Of a DNA stretch of 64,000 nt, positions 16,289 through 25,681 are shown piece after piece. The stretch comes from an uncultured Chloroflexia bacterium (GTDB lineage: Bacteria; Chloroflexota; Anaerolineae; JAAYZQ01). The position numbers and the translations under genes are program-made. The stretch covers positions 704,001 through 768,000 of the forward strand of contig CAVOXA010000001.1 in assembly GCA_963700285.1 (NCBI GenBank), in the 5' to 3' direction. A model generated the notes under the pieces. The model saw only the letters and a list, made by a program, of their open reading frames with translations. It ran no database searches and was not told the origin of the DNA. Position 1 is the stretch's first letter; every line of letters begins with the position of its first letter.

Positions 16289-18121
16289 TTACGGGTTACT
16301 GGCTTCTCTCCGGGCGAGCGGAAGAAGGAGTTTGTGGGGTCCGCCCGGCCCAGAGCCCAGGCTCACCTCGTCGACGTAGACAATGGTGCCGTTCACGTCC
16401 GTCTCCAGCTCGAACCTGGAGGCGAGTCGTAACCTTGCCCGCAAAGGCGGCACCCGGTGGCCCGAGGCGGTAGGCCAGATGCTGCCAGTCCCCGGCAGCG
16501 AGGCTGGGTGTCAAGACCCTAGTCTCTGACAACATCGACGCGCTGCCGGTGGATGCAGTTTCTGTAGTAATGCTGACGTTGAACACCGTCGTGGGATCTA
16601 GCGCCGCGGGTCCGGGCTGGTACCACAAGGACAGGACAGGCTCCCACGCCTCAGCCAGATCCACGGTCTGGCTAGCGCTGGCGGCTATCCCCTGGGGCAT
16701 TGAGGCCACGGATCCTGGTGGCGGGCCGCTCAGGGACAGGGCCTGGTGACCCGTATGGACCGGGTCTGTGACAGATGCGGCTGTCCCATCCTGGCGCTAC
16801 CGGTCGTCCAATTGTCCAGGCCTGCCTCAAAACCCCCGTTGGCGACGGCGTCGTCGGGCGGGCGGAGCGTCCAGGTGAAAGGTACCGTCTCCGCCAAGCC
16901 AAAGGTCAATCCATGGCGGGGATCTGGAGGTTTCCACCAGGGATGGCTGACGGTGGCTGTTTTGGGTTCCGTCCAGTGCTCGACGTCCAAGACATATCCT
17001 CCGCTCGATCCACTGGTGGTTGTGTGGCCTGTACCCAGAATCGCCACGGTTGCCCCGCTCACCGGGTTCCCGGCGTTGGCCAGCACCCGCCCGGCCAGTC
17101 TGGGACCTGCTATCCTGGTCGTGGTGTCGCCGTCCGGCCGGAATGGGCCGTAGAGGTGGGCGCCGTTGGGATAGCGCTGCCAGACCCGCGCCCGGAAGCG
17201 ATAGGTATGACCCTGCTGTCCGCTAAAGGTAGATTCTGTGGCTTTTGTCTGTTCCTGCCAGTTGTGCCATACTCCCTCAGTCTCGTCCTTCCACTGCACG
17301 TCGTACCACTTGAGCTTTTCGCTGCCTGGGGCGGGCAGGGCGTTGTCCCAACGCACGGAAAAGCTGGGAGTCTCGCTCACGGCCGGCGACGTGGCCCTCA
17401 CCTGGGGCGTCTGGGCCAGGATGGCCGAATCGAGAAAGCTGTAGTTGAGGAAGGGTAGGTCCCCTGCCTCGTGAGGGCTAATGACGCGGACAAAGACGGT
17501 CATGGCCTGTCCCTGGGCGTACACAGCCGTGCGCTGGTCGATGTCCCACGGCCCTTCGTCATGGTCGTCAGGCTCGCTCCAGACAACAGTCGATGCCTGG
17601 GGATCGATCCCGCCGGTCGGGTCCATACCCACCTGCTTGATCATGGTGCCGTGGGATGAGGGAGGCGCGGAGGTCTGAAAGATGGTCAGCATTGCGGCGT
17701 GAAAGCCATAACCCATGCCAGGGGTCAGTCCGGTGACCCGCTGCAGGATGCCAGCGGTGTAAGGCAGGGTCGATATCACGAGCTGGGAGGTATCACCCTG
17801 GATGCGTTCTACCCAGCCGCCCCCCAAGTGACTACCAGCAAAGACTCTGGTGTCCATCCACTGGGGCTCCTGGCCGTCGTACCAGAACCGCTGCCAGCCG
17901 CTGGCGACCTGGCAGTCAATGCCCTGGTACTGGGCATAGGGGGCATCATAGACCTCTACGCCTGGATTGGTCAGGAGCTGGTACTGCGGAGCGCTGGCCT
18001 GGGACACTTGCCCGGGAGTGCCGGCCGCCGATGGGATCAGGGACAGGGTCAGGAGCAACCCCAGGGCTACGACAATGCCAGCCAGGACTCGCCCTGATTT
18101 GCTTAGGTTCGGATTCTGCAT
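16289..18121 (-). CDS. Secreted modular protein (CBM-like, FnIII, carboxypeptidase-regulatory-like domains), two apparent frameshifts (near 16793 and 16395-16420)
   Basis: Signal peptide; YDVQW..GHTYRFRAR FnIII. The reading continues in other frames as PVHTGHQALSL... and then IVYVDEVSLGSGPGGPHKLLLPLARREASNP* (stop 16289-16291). Confidence 0.7.
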
Positions 18122-18273
18122 GGCAACCTTTCTAGAGCCTAGTCTCTATGAGCAAATCGCCTGTCCTCGGCCAGCCGAAAGGAAGCAGTTCCCAGCCTTG
18201 ACCTGTGAGGATCGCCACCCTGGGCAGGGGGCAAGCCCGCACCTTGCTCGTCGCAATGCCAGATTCAGGGATC

Positions 18274-19053
18274 TCACCGAGGCGTGATAGTTCTCGGTTG
18301 GGCCAGGGCCAGCGCACGCAGTATCGTAGCGGCCCACAGATCGGCGCCCCGGCTGTTGAGGTGGAGGCCATCAAAGGTAAGACAAAGACGACGGCGGCGG
18401 CTGAGCTGATCCGGCAAGGTGGACCGTAAACGCCCCCGGTCTATCCACGTGAGCAACCACTCGCCAGGTACGCGCCGGGAAGGTCTGGGCAGGACGGCGT
18501 ATTCTTCTACAAATGCCTGCCATACGTCAGCCACCGGCACGCCACGGTCAGCGGCTACCTGTTTGATGGCGCCGTTGAGCCGGGCCAGCAGGCGATTGGG
18601 CGGAGAGGAGATGCGCTCGCCCAAAGGGCTTGCGGTGCAGACCAGCACCTGGGCGCCGGCTTGCTGGGCCTTGTCGACGAGGGCTCGATAGGTAGCGGTG
18701 AACTGGTCCAGGTCGGTGGTTGGCCGTTGCTTTGCCCATGCGCGCCGGTACTGGCGCCAGAGCCACCAGCCCGCGCTGTGGCTGCTCAGCCAGGGCATCC
18801 ATACGTCGTTGGCCCCCACCGCCAGGATCACCCACTGGGGCTGATACGCACGGAGCAAAGGGGCGAGCCGGGCATTGAGGGATTGGACCGTTTCAGCGGT
18901 CTGTCCGGCATTGATGGCCTGGCCGGTCAGTCCAGCCCAACCCTGGTGCAGGCTTTCAGCGACGCGATCGACATAACTTTCACCGTAGACGCCCTCGGTC
19001 AAGCTGTCGCCAGCAAAGAGGTAGACGTCCGTTGGTGATGATGGCGTGGTCAA
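18274..19053 (-). CDS. SGNH/GDSL-family hydrolase
   Basis: FAGDSLTEG, GAND and DGLHLN blocks. Confidence 0.88.
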   Translation of the reverse strand: MTTPSSPTDVYLFAGDSLTEGVYGESYVDRVAESLHQGWAGLTGQAINAGQTAETVQSLNARLAPLLRAYQPQWVILAVGANDVWMPWLSSHSAGWWLWRQYRRAWAKQRPTTDLDQFTATYRALVDKAQQAGAQVLVCTASPLGERISSPPNRLLARLNGAIKQVAADRGVPVADVWQAFVEEYAVLPRPSRRVPGEWLLTWIDRGRLRSTLPDQLSRRRRLCLTFDGLHLNSRGADLWAATILRALALAQPRTITPR

Positions 19054-19114
19054 TGGCTTTTCCCTCTTGGCGAACCTCCCCCAGGTATAGTCACAACCTG
19101 CGGGCGGTTATTCT

Positions 19115-19573
19115 CTAGTCTCGCCCCAGACGGGCGACGATGGCGCCCATGGCAGCGATGGCGCCCCCGATGAGAAAGCCCCAGAACCAGGCAAAGGGGT
19201 AGGCGCTCAAGTCGGGGCGCCCGCCGCCAACCTCGGTCTCTTGCCGAGCTTTCCCGGGCGGCCAGCCCAAGCGGCGGAGCGTCAACTCGATGGTGGGCGC
19301 CACGGCGCCGGCCAGCCCGCCGGCCAGGAAGGCGTCTTCGTTGCTAAAGCCGTAGCGGCGGACGCCGACCCAGCCGATGCGGCCCCAGACCAGTCCACTA
19401 ATGGGCCCCAGGACATTCTGGACCCGGGTGGCCGTGGTGCGGCGCCAGCGCAACAGGCTGGCCAGTACGGGCAGGGTCATGATCCAGCCCAGAGCGGGGA
19501 ATACCGCCTCGCGGCTGGCCCGCCAGCGCATGAGCCAAGCCCAGGTTGGGCCTCGTTCCTGTACGTCTATCAC
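19115..19573 (-). CDS. Hypothetical membrane protein
   Basis: GTG start with AGGAGG Shine-Dalgarno; about four hydrophobic Gly-rich segments. Confidence 0.65.
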   Translation of the reverse strand: MIDVQERGPTWAWLMRWRASREAVFPALGWIMTLPVLASLLRWRRTTATRVQNVLGPISGLVWGRIGWVGVRRYGFSNEDAFLAGGLAGAVAPTIELTLRRLGWPPGKARQETEVGGGRPDLSAYPFAWFWGFLIGGAIAAMGAIVARLGRD

Positions 19574-19671
19574 TGCTGTTCCTCCTGCTAGATTCTCACA
19601 AGAAACACGATATCTCACCGCAAAGGCGCCAATAACGCAAAGAAAACAAAAAGGCTTTACTATGTGACGAT

Positions 19672-20505
19672 CTAGCTTGCCAGGCGGTCCTCCAGGGCAC
19701 CCAGCCGCAGGTCGCTGGCATAGACCGGCGGTACGCCCAGCGTCCGTCCGGCAAAGCCTCCGTGGCTGTCAGAGCCGCCGGTAATCAGCAGATCACGGCT
19801 GCGGCAGTAGTCCAGAAAGCGCCGTGTAGCGCTATCATCGTGGCAGGTAGCGAAACACTCTAGCCCCTGGAGGCCCATGTCCACCAGTTCGTCCAGCCGC
19901 GCGTGGTCCAGGCCATTGTAAAAGGCCACGCCAGGATGGGCCAGAATCACCGTGCCTCCCGCTCTCCGGGCCACGGCGATGACCTCCTCTGGCGGCGGAA
20001 AGCTGGCCTGCGGGTGGGCCAGATCGCCGGTGAACAGCCGGTCAAAGTAGTCGTGTACATCCTGGCAGAGCCCGTGGTCGATGAGAAAGTTAAGGGCCTT
20101 CCAGCCGCCTCGCTGTCGGTCCCAGGTATAGTCCGCGTACTCGTCCAGGGAGATGGGATAGCCGGCGCCGGCCAGCAGGCCGACGGCCTCGTCGCTAGCG
20201 CCGATGAGCCGGGCCTCGCTGGCCCGGGCAAGGGCGTTCAGGGCTGTGTCCTCGGGGTCGATACCGTAACCAAGCAGGTGGTAGGCCTGGCCATTGAGCC
20301 GCGCCGACAATTCCACGCCAGGCAGGAATCGCAAACCGGTCTCCCGGGCCAGCTCCGCGGTGCGGGCCAGACTGCCCAGCGAGTCGTGGTCCGTGACGGC
20401 AAACAGGCCGATGCCGGATTGCTGCAACTCGGTGATGAGTCGCTCCGGCGGCCAGCGGCCGTCGGATGCGGTGGTATGCAGATGTAGGTCTGCGCGAAGA
20501 TCCAT
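19672..20505 (-). CDS. PHP-domain metal-dependent phosphoesterase (TrpH/YciV-like)
   Basis: DLHLHTTASDG, VTDHD, GVELS, LAHP and GGSDSHG motifs. Confidence 0.9.
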   Translation of the reverse strand: MDLRADLHLHTTASDGRWPPERLITELQQSGIGLFAVTDHDSLGSLARTAELARETGLRFLPGVELSARLNGQAYHLLGYGIDPEDTALNALARASEARLIGASDEAVGLLAGAGYPISLDEYADYTWDRQRGGWKALNFLIDHGLCQDVHDYFDRLFTGDLAHPQASFPPPEEVIAVARRAGGTVILAHPGVAFYNGLDHARLDELVDMGLQGLECFATCHDDSATRRFLDYCRSRDLLITGGSDSHGGFAGRTLGVPPVYASDLRLGALEDRLAS

Positions 20506-20630
20506 GCGTTTGGCTATCCTCCGGCGGTCATTGTAGCATAGTTTGGAGATTTTGGCACAAGCTGGGGATGGGCGGACGTGCGACGAAGAATGGCTTAGGA
20601 CAGTCTTTGACGTGGTAGCGCGAGTCTCCG

Positions 20631-20659
20631 TGGACATTCGCGGGGTTATGAGCTATAAT
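20631..20659 (+). promoter_or_regulatory. Putative sigma70 promoter of the GH5 gene
   Basis: TGGACA-N17-TATAAT. Confidence 0.55.
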
Positions 20660-20789
20660 AGAGGCGCAGAACGGATTTTCGAGCTACTGACCAGAGATGG
20701 AGACAGGGTAGTGTCCTCCGATGAAGGACATCAGAGCCAGGATCTTTCTGATGTGCCCCAGGATGGGCTCGTCATCCTCGAAGACAGAA

Positions 20790-23762
20790 ATGAAGGGGGC
20801 TCCTGTGCTGCAGGGCATGCCGCGAAGGGCATTGTTGCTCATAACATTGGGAACAGTAGTCCTGCTGTGCCTCATCACTGGTTGGGGCAGCGTGGGGGCA
20901 GCCCAGGATCTCGCTTCTCATCCGGCAGCGGCCCAGTCCAAATACCTGGTCCCTTGGCAGGACGGAGCATGGCTCCTCTCAGGAACCAACGTAGCCTGGC
21001 AGAACGGCGGCTTTGGCGCTGATTTCGGCACCGTCGAGGAGTGGAACCAGCACACCTACGACCATGACGATACGGGCCAGATGTTCGCGGCCCTGGCGGC
21101 CAGTGGTTCCAATACGGTGCGCTGGTGGGTTTTTGCCGATGGGCGGGGCTGCCCCGAGTTCGATTCAGATACGGGCGGCAACGTGGTTGGGCTTGACGGC
21201 GAGTTCTTGCCCAGCATGGAGGACGCCGTCAGACTGGCCGCGGAGCACAACATCTATCTCATCTTTAACCTGTGGAGCTTTGACATGCTCTACGAGGACA
21301 GCACACCCGATGACAGGGGAGAACATGGGGGCGGGCATCGCGATCTGATTGTGGATGAGATCAAGCTGCAGTCGTTCATCGACAACGCACTGCTCCCCAT
21401 GCTGTACCATCCACTCGCCGGCACAGGGTACACCATCGGTACGCACCCCAACGTGCTGGGTTGGGACATCATCAATGAGCCGGAGTGGGGTATCTCCGAG
21501 TCGGCTTCCGTCAATCCCCATATCACTCAGCCTGTGTCGCTCGAGCAGATGCAGCGCTTCGTGGCTGGGGTCTCGGCTGCTATCCACCAGCACTCGAACC
21601 AGCTCGTGACCCTGGGCAGTGCCAGCCTAAAGTGGAACAGCGATGGCGCCCTGGGGGCGACAGGCAATTGGTGGTCTGACGCGGAACTGACCCCTCACGC
21701 GCCAGAAGGCTATCTTGACTTTTACCAGGTCCACTACTATGGCTGGATGAACGGCAACGAGACCAGTTGGTCCTACTCTCCCCTGTTCAACACGCACGCG
21801 GCCGCAGGGCTTGACAAGCCCACCGTCGTCGGCGAGTTTCCGGCCAGTGGAGTCGATACGGGCTATATTGTGACCGAGATCCTGGACGGCATCTATGCCA
21901 ATGGCTATGCGGGAGCCTGGAACTGGACCTACGAGGGGGTGGATGGCATGGGGTCCTGGGCTGATAGCGAGAGCGCATATACAACCTTTAACGCCGCTCA
22001 CCAGGAGGATGTCGACATCGAACCGGCTGGCTCGTGCCGGCTCACTGCCCTTGCGGACATTGACTCTGGAACTATCTCCCCCACGGGCAACTATCGCTGG
22101 CGCGATGTGGCGGACCAGCTCTACAGTGAGGCGTATAGAACTACCTACGACTACACCCAAGCCACAGTGGAGGTGATTTATAGGCGTGTAGGCAGCATGC
22201 TGCACGGGACGCTGCAAGCGCAGAACCTTAAGCCTAATTTTGGCTACCAATTGAAGCTGGCGGGCAAACCCGGTACCGCCGCCAACGAGCGCATCGGCCT
22301 AGCCGGGCGATGGTGGGAGGAAGAGTGGGACGGGGCGGCTTGGTCGAACGGGCGCAACCTCAACAACAAGGACAACGGTACCTCACCCAACCCCAATGAT
22401 GCTGTCTATTTTGCCAGGCGTGACATATTTGATGCAACCAGCCCGACCGAGCGCCACTACAAGTACACCGGCTACCTCGTCTTTGACTACTTTGTAACCG
22501 ATGGAAATGGCGATGCGAACCTCACGTTCCAGACAGATAGTTCCTATCACGTCCTGTGGAAGACATCACAGCGGGCCTGGACCGTAGATGATGGGCCACT
22601 GGAGACGACGATCTTTGACGCAGATCTCTCAACAGCGTACGATGACACGGGTGGAGACGACTTTTCCAGTCAAACGGTCAGTATTTTTGGGGAGTGGGAG
22701 CGCCTGCCTGTCGGTGGGGTATTCCTGCAGCGGGGCCACTTTGAGGCCGAATTGATCCTTACGGAGGAGTCGTTTCACGGCAGCGGTGGTTCATTCGCGG
22801 GTGGGTGGGCTGGGGCCATGGCGGCTGAGCTTCCATTTAGCACTGTGCCGGGCCGCGACACGGCCCTGGTCACCATCGAGCCTGGCTGGAACCTCGTTTC
22901 GTTTGCCGTCGAGCCCGCGGATCCCAGCCTGGAAGGGGTCCTCTGTACGGTCGGTGGCTGTTATTGCCGTGTTCTGGGCCAAGATGGTATCTATGACTGC
23001 AGTCTCGAGTCGACCTACCACACGCTGGAAGAACTCCACGCTGGGCAGGGCTACTACCTTCGCAGCAACAGGGACCGCGCAGCCGATCTCCTGGTCGAAG
23101 GGACGAGCCTGCCTGCTAATGCCCAAATTCCGCTGCAACTGGGCTGGAACTGGATAGGTTACCTTCCAGACTGGGTCCTACCAATTGAGGTGGCCCTCCA
23201 GAACATCGAGGGCAAGGTTGATCTGGTTCACAGTTTGGACAGAACCTATGACCCTGATGAGCCGCTGTTTAGTACGTTGACTTACATGGAACCGGGACAG
23301 GGTTACCTGATCCACGCAACTGAGTCGGTTGACTTGGTCTACCCTGCCAGCCAGGGCCAGGCTGCCGCCACAGCTACAGGGGAGGGGACCGGTGCCTGTG
23401 ATGCTCAACAGCCCACACCCCATTTTGCCCTGGTCTACGGGAGACTGGCTGGCGGTGAGGGGGGTCCTGCCAAGGTTGGGACAGTAGTCAAGGCCCTGAC
23501 TCCCAGGGGTGAGGTGGCGGGCTGCCTTGAGGTCCAATACCCGGGGGAGTATGGCTACATGCGGATCTATGGCCAGGACCTGGGCGATTCTCAGATCCCT
23601 GGCTTCAGGGATGGGGAGCCGGTGGCCTTCCAGGTTGACGGCTTGCTGGCAACGCCCTCATTGGATCTGACGTGGTCCAACGATCTGATGCCCAGAATGG
23701 TGGACCTGAAGGCATCGAGCGCGAGTGTTCCTGCGTATCTGCCCCTGGTCCGGAAAGAGTGA
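20790..23762 (+). CDS. Secreted modular glycoside hydrolase family 5 (mannanase-like) with accessory domains (start 20790-20817)
   Basis: Signal peptide; GWDIINEPEW acid/base, FYQVHYY, VVGEF nucleophile, GAWNW; later GWNLV/GQGY repeats; C-terminal AYLPLVRKE. Confidence 0.85.
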   Translation: MKGAPVLQGMPRRALLLITLGTVVLLCLITGWGSVGAAQDLASHPAAAQSKYLVPWQDGAWLLSGTNVAWQNGGFGADFGTVEEWNQHTYDHDDTGQMFAALAASGSNTVRWWVFADGRGCPEFDSDTGGNVVGLDGEFLPSMEDAVRLAAEHNIYLIFNLWSFDMLYEDSTPDDRGEHGGGHRDLIVDEIKLQSFIDNALLPMLYHPLAGTGYTIGTHPNVLGWDIINEPEWGISESASVNPHITQPVSLEQMQRFVAGVSAAIHQHSNQLVTLGSASLKWNSDGALGATGNWWSDAELTPHAPEGYLDFYQVHYYGWMNGNETSWSYSPLFNTHAAAGLDKPTVVGEFPASGVDTGYIVTEILDGIYANGYAGAWNWTYEGVDGMGSWADSESAYTTFNAAHQEDVDIEPAGSCRLTALADIDSGTISPTGNYRWRDVADQLYSEAYRTTYDYTQATVEVIYRRVGSMLHGTLQAQNLKPNFGYQLKLAGKPGTAANERIGLAGRWWEEEWDGAAWSNGRNLNNKDNGTSPNPNDAVYFARRDIFDATSPTERHYKYTGYLVFDYFVTDGNGDANLTFQTDSSYHVLWKTSQRAWTVDDGPLETTIFDADLSTAYDDTGGDDFSSQTVSIFGEWERLPVGGVFLQRGHFEAELILTEESFHGSGGSFAGGWAGAMAAELPFSTVPGRDTALVTIEPGWNLVSFAVEPADPSLEGVLCTVGGCYCRVLGQDGIYDCSLESTYHTLEELHAGQGYYLRSNRDRAADLLVEGTSLPANAQIPLQLGWNWIGYLPDWVLPIEVALQNIEGKVDLVHSLDRTYDPDEPLFSTLTYMEPGQGYLIHATESVDLVYPASQGQAAATATGEGTGACDAQQPTPHFALVYGRLAGGEGGPAKVGTVVKALTPRGEVAGCLEVQYPGEYGYMRIYGQDLGDSQIPGFRDGEPVAFQVDGLLATPSLDLTWSNDLMPRMVDLKASSASVPAYLPLVRKE

Positions 23763-23764
23763 CG

Positions 23765-24568
23765 ATGAGCATTACCAGACGTCTTGACGAAGCGCGGAAG
23801 GCTTTTGAGAAGAAGGACCTGACTGCCTCGGGAGAGGCCCATTCGCCCGAGGTCATCGCGGGTGCGATGGAGGCGCATGGCGGCACTAGCCATCAATATA
23901 TCGGCGATATGGTGTACGGCGGGCTGGATGGCATTGTCACCACTTTTGCCGTGGTCAGCGGTGTGGCCGGCGCTGGTCTGGGATCGGGTATTATCCTGAT
24001 CTTGGGCCTGGCCAACTTGCTGGCCGACGGTCTGTCTATGGCCGCCGGCGCCTACCTGTCGCTAAAGAGCGAGCGGGAATACTATGACCGCGAGCGGCAG
24101 CGCGAGCTCTGGGAGGTTGCGCATTTTCCCGACGGGGAGCGGGCCGAGATGCTGGCGCTCTACAAGGCCAAGGGCTACAGTGAGGAGGAGGCACAGGCGC
24201 TGGTGACGATTCAGAGCCAGCGCCAGGAGCAGTGGGTGGATGTGATGATGGTCCAGGAATTGGGACTGCTGCCCGATGACCGGAAGCCGGTCATGAGCGC
24301 GGTGGCAACCTTTGGTGCCTTCCTCGTGGCAGGTTCGATCCCACTGTTGACCTATCTTGTGGGCCTGTTTGTGACCATTGTCCCAGATCTAGCCTTTACG
24401 CTCTCGATCGTGCTGTCAGGGCTGGCCCTCTTTGGCCTGGGGGCGGCCAAGGTGGTGGTCACGGAGCGTAGCTGGATCCGCAGCGGGCTGGAGATGCTCG
24501 TCGTTGGCGGCGTAGCAGCGGGGGTGGCCTACCTGGTGGGGTATCTGTTGCAGGGGTTGGTTGGCTAG
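23765..24568 (+). CDS. VIT1/CCC1 family Fe/Mn transporter
   Basis: VYGGLDGIVTTFAVVSG, ADGLSMAAGAYLS and GLEML motifs. Confidence 0.92.
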   Translation: MSITRRLDEARKAFEKKDLTASGEAHSPEVIAGAMEAHGGTSHQYIGDMVYGGLDGIVTTFAVVSGVAGAGLGSGIILILGLANLLADGLSMAAGAYLSLKSEREYYDRERQRELWEVAHFPDGERAEMLALYKAKGYSEEEAQALVTIQSQRQEQWVDVMMVQELGLLPDDRKPVMSAVATFGAFLVAGSIPLLTYLVGLFVTIVPDLAFTLSIVLSGLALFGLGAAKVVVTERSWIRSGLEMLVVGGVAAGVAYLVGYLLQGLVG

Positions 24569-24623
24569 CCTGGGACTCGCTTCGGAGCCACCGAGGACCA
24601 AGGGGTTCAAGGAGATTTGGTCA

Positions 24624-25574
24624 ATGACAGAATACGCAGGATTCAGACTTGCGGCGATCCAGGCCGCCCCCGTCTATTTTGACCGCGAAGCATCTACCGA
24701 AAAGGCATGCCGCTTGATCCTGGAAGCGGGCGCGAAGGGCGCGACGTTGGCCGCCTTTAGCGAATCGTGGCTGCCTGGCTATCCCTTCTTTGTCTGGCGT
24801 TCGACGGCAGAGGCTCTGGGGGCAGAGTATCTGGCCAACGCTGTCAAGATCCCCAGCACGTCCACCGAACGCATCTGTGCTGCCGCCAGGAAAGCCAGCA
24901 TAGACGTGGTCATTGGCGTCGCCGAGCGGGACGCGCATACCCAGGGTACGGTCTACTGCACATTGCTATTCATCGACTGCGAGGGCACGATCCTGGGCCG
25001 CCACCGCAAGCTCAAGCCGACGGACCTGGAGCGAACTGCCTGGGGTGAGGGCGATGGGAGCAGTCTGAATGTGTACAAGCGTCCCTACGCCCGGATCAGC
25101 GGCCTCAATTGCTGGGAGCATAACATGGTCCTGCCCGGTTACACGCTCATGGCCCAAGGTACCCAAGTCCACGTCGCGGCCTGGCCGGGGATGAGTACCT
25201 CGCGTCACTTGTTCTTGTCCAGGGCCTTTGCTTCCCAGGCGGGCGCCTACGTCATCGACGTGGGGGCCATCCTATCACCTGAACATGTCTCGGCATCCTA
25301 CAAGGAGGTGGCTGGCACCTATCTCGGGGAGAGCTGCATCATCGATCCCCGGGGTGAGGTCATCGCCGGTCCAGCGGAAGGCGAGACCATCCTCATGGCC
25401 GACTGTTCCACCGAACAGATCTTTGCCGCCAAGACGAGTTGTGACGCTGCCGGCCACTACTCGCGACCCGATGTCTTCCGGTTGCACGTCAATCGCAGCC
25501 CTCACCGCCACGTGGTCGAAATGCAGGAACCCGAGTATCTGTCCATCGAGTCTGATGCTGAGTGCGATCAGTAG
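24624..25574 (+). CDS. Nitrilase (carbon-nitrogen hydrolase)
   Basis: E-K-C triad: SESWLPGYP, HRKLKPT, LNCWEH; DAAGHYSRPDVF. Confidence 0.9.
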   Translation: MTEYAGFRLAAIQAAPVYFDREASTEKACRLILEAGAKGATLAAFSESWLPGYPFFVWRSTAEALGAEYLANAVKIPSTSTERICAAARKASIDVVIGVAERDAHTQGTVYCTLLFIDCEGTILGRHRKLKPTDLERTAWGEGDGSSLNVYKRPYARISGLNCWEHNMVLPGYTLMAQGTQVHVAAWPGMSTSRHLFLSRAFASQAGAYVIDVGAILSPEHVSASYKEVAGTYLGESCIIDPRGEVIAGPAEGETILMADCSTEQIFAAKTSCDAAGHYSRPDVFRLHVNRSPHRHVVEMQEPEYLSIESDAECDQ

Positions 25575-25681
25575 GCCAGCCGTCAGATGTCTACCGTCTG
25601 CAGGGCACACGCCGGGACAGTGAGACAGTGAGACAGTAAGCGGCTCCTCGGTCCGCGCACGACAGGCCGCGCAAGAGGGAC

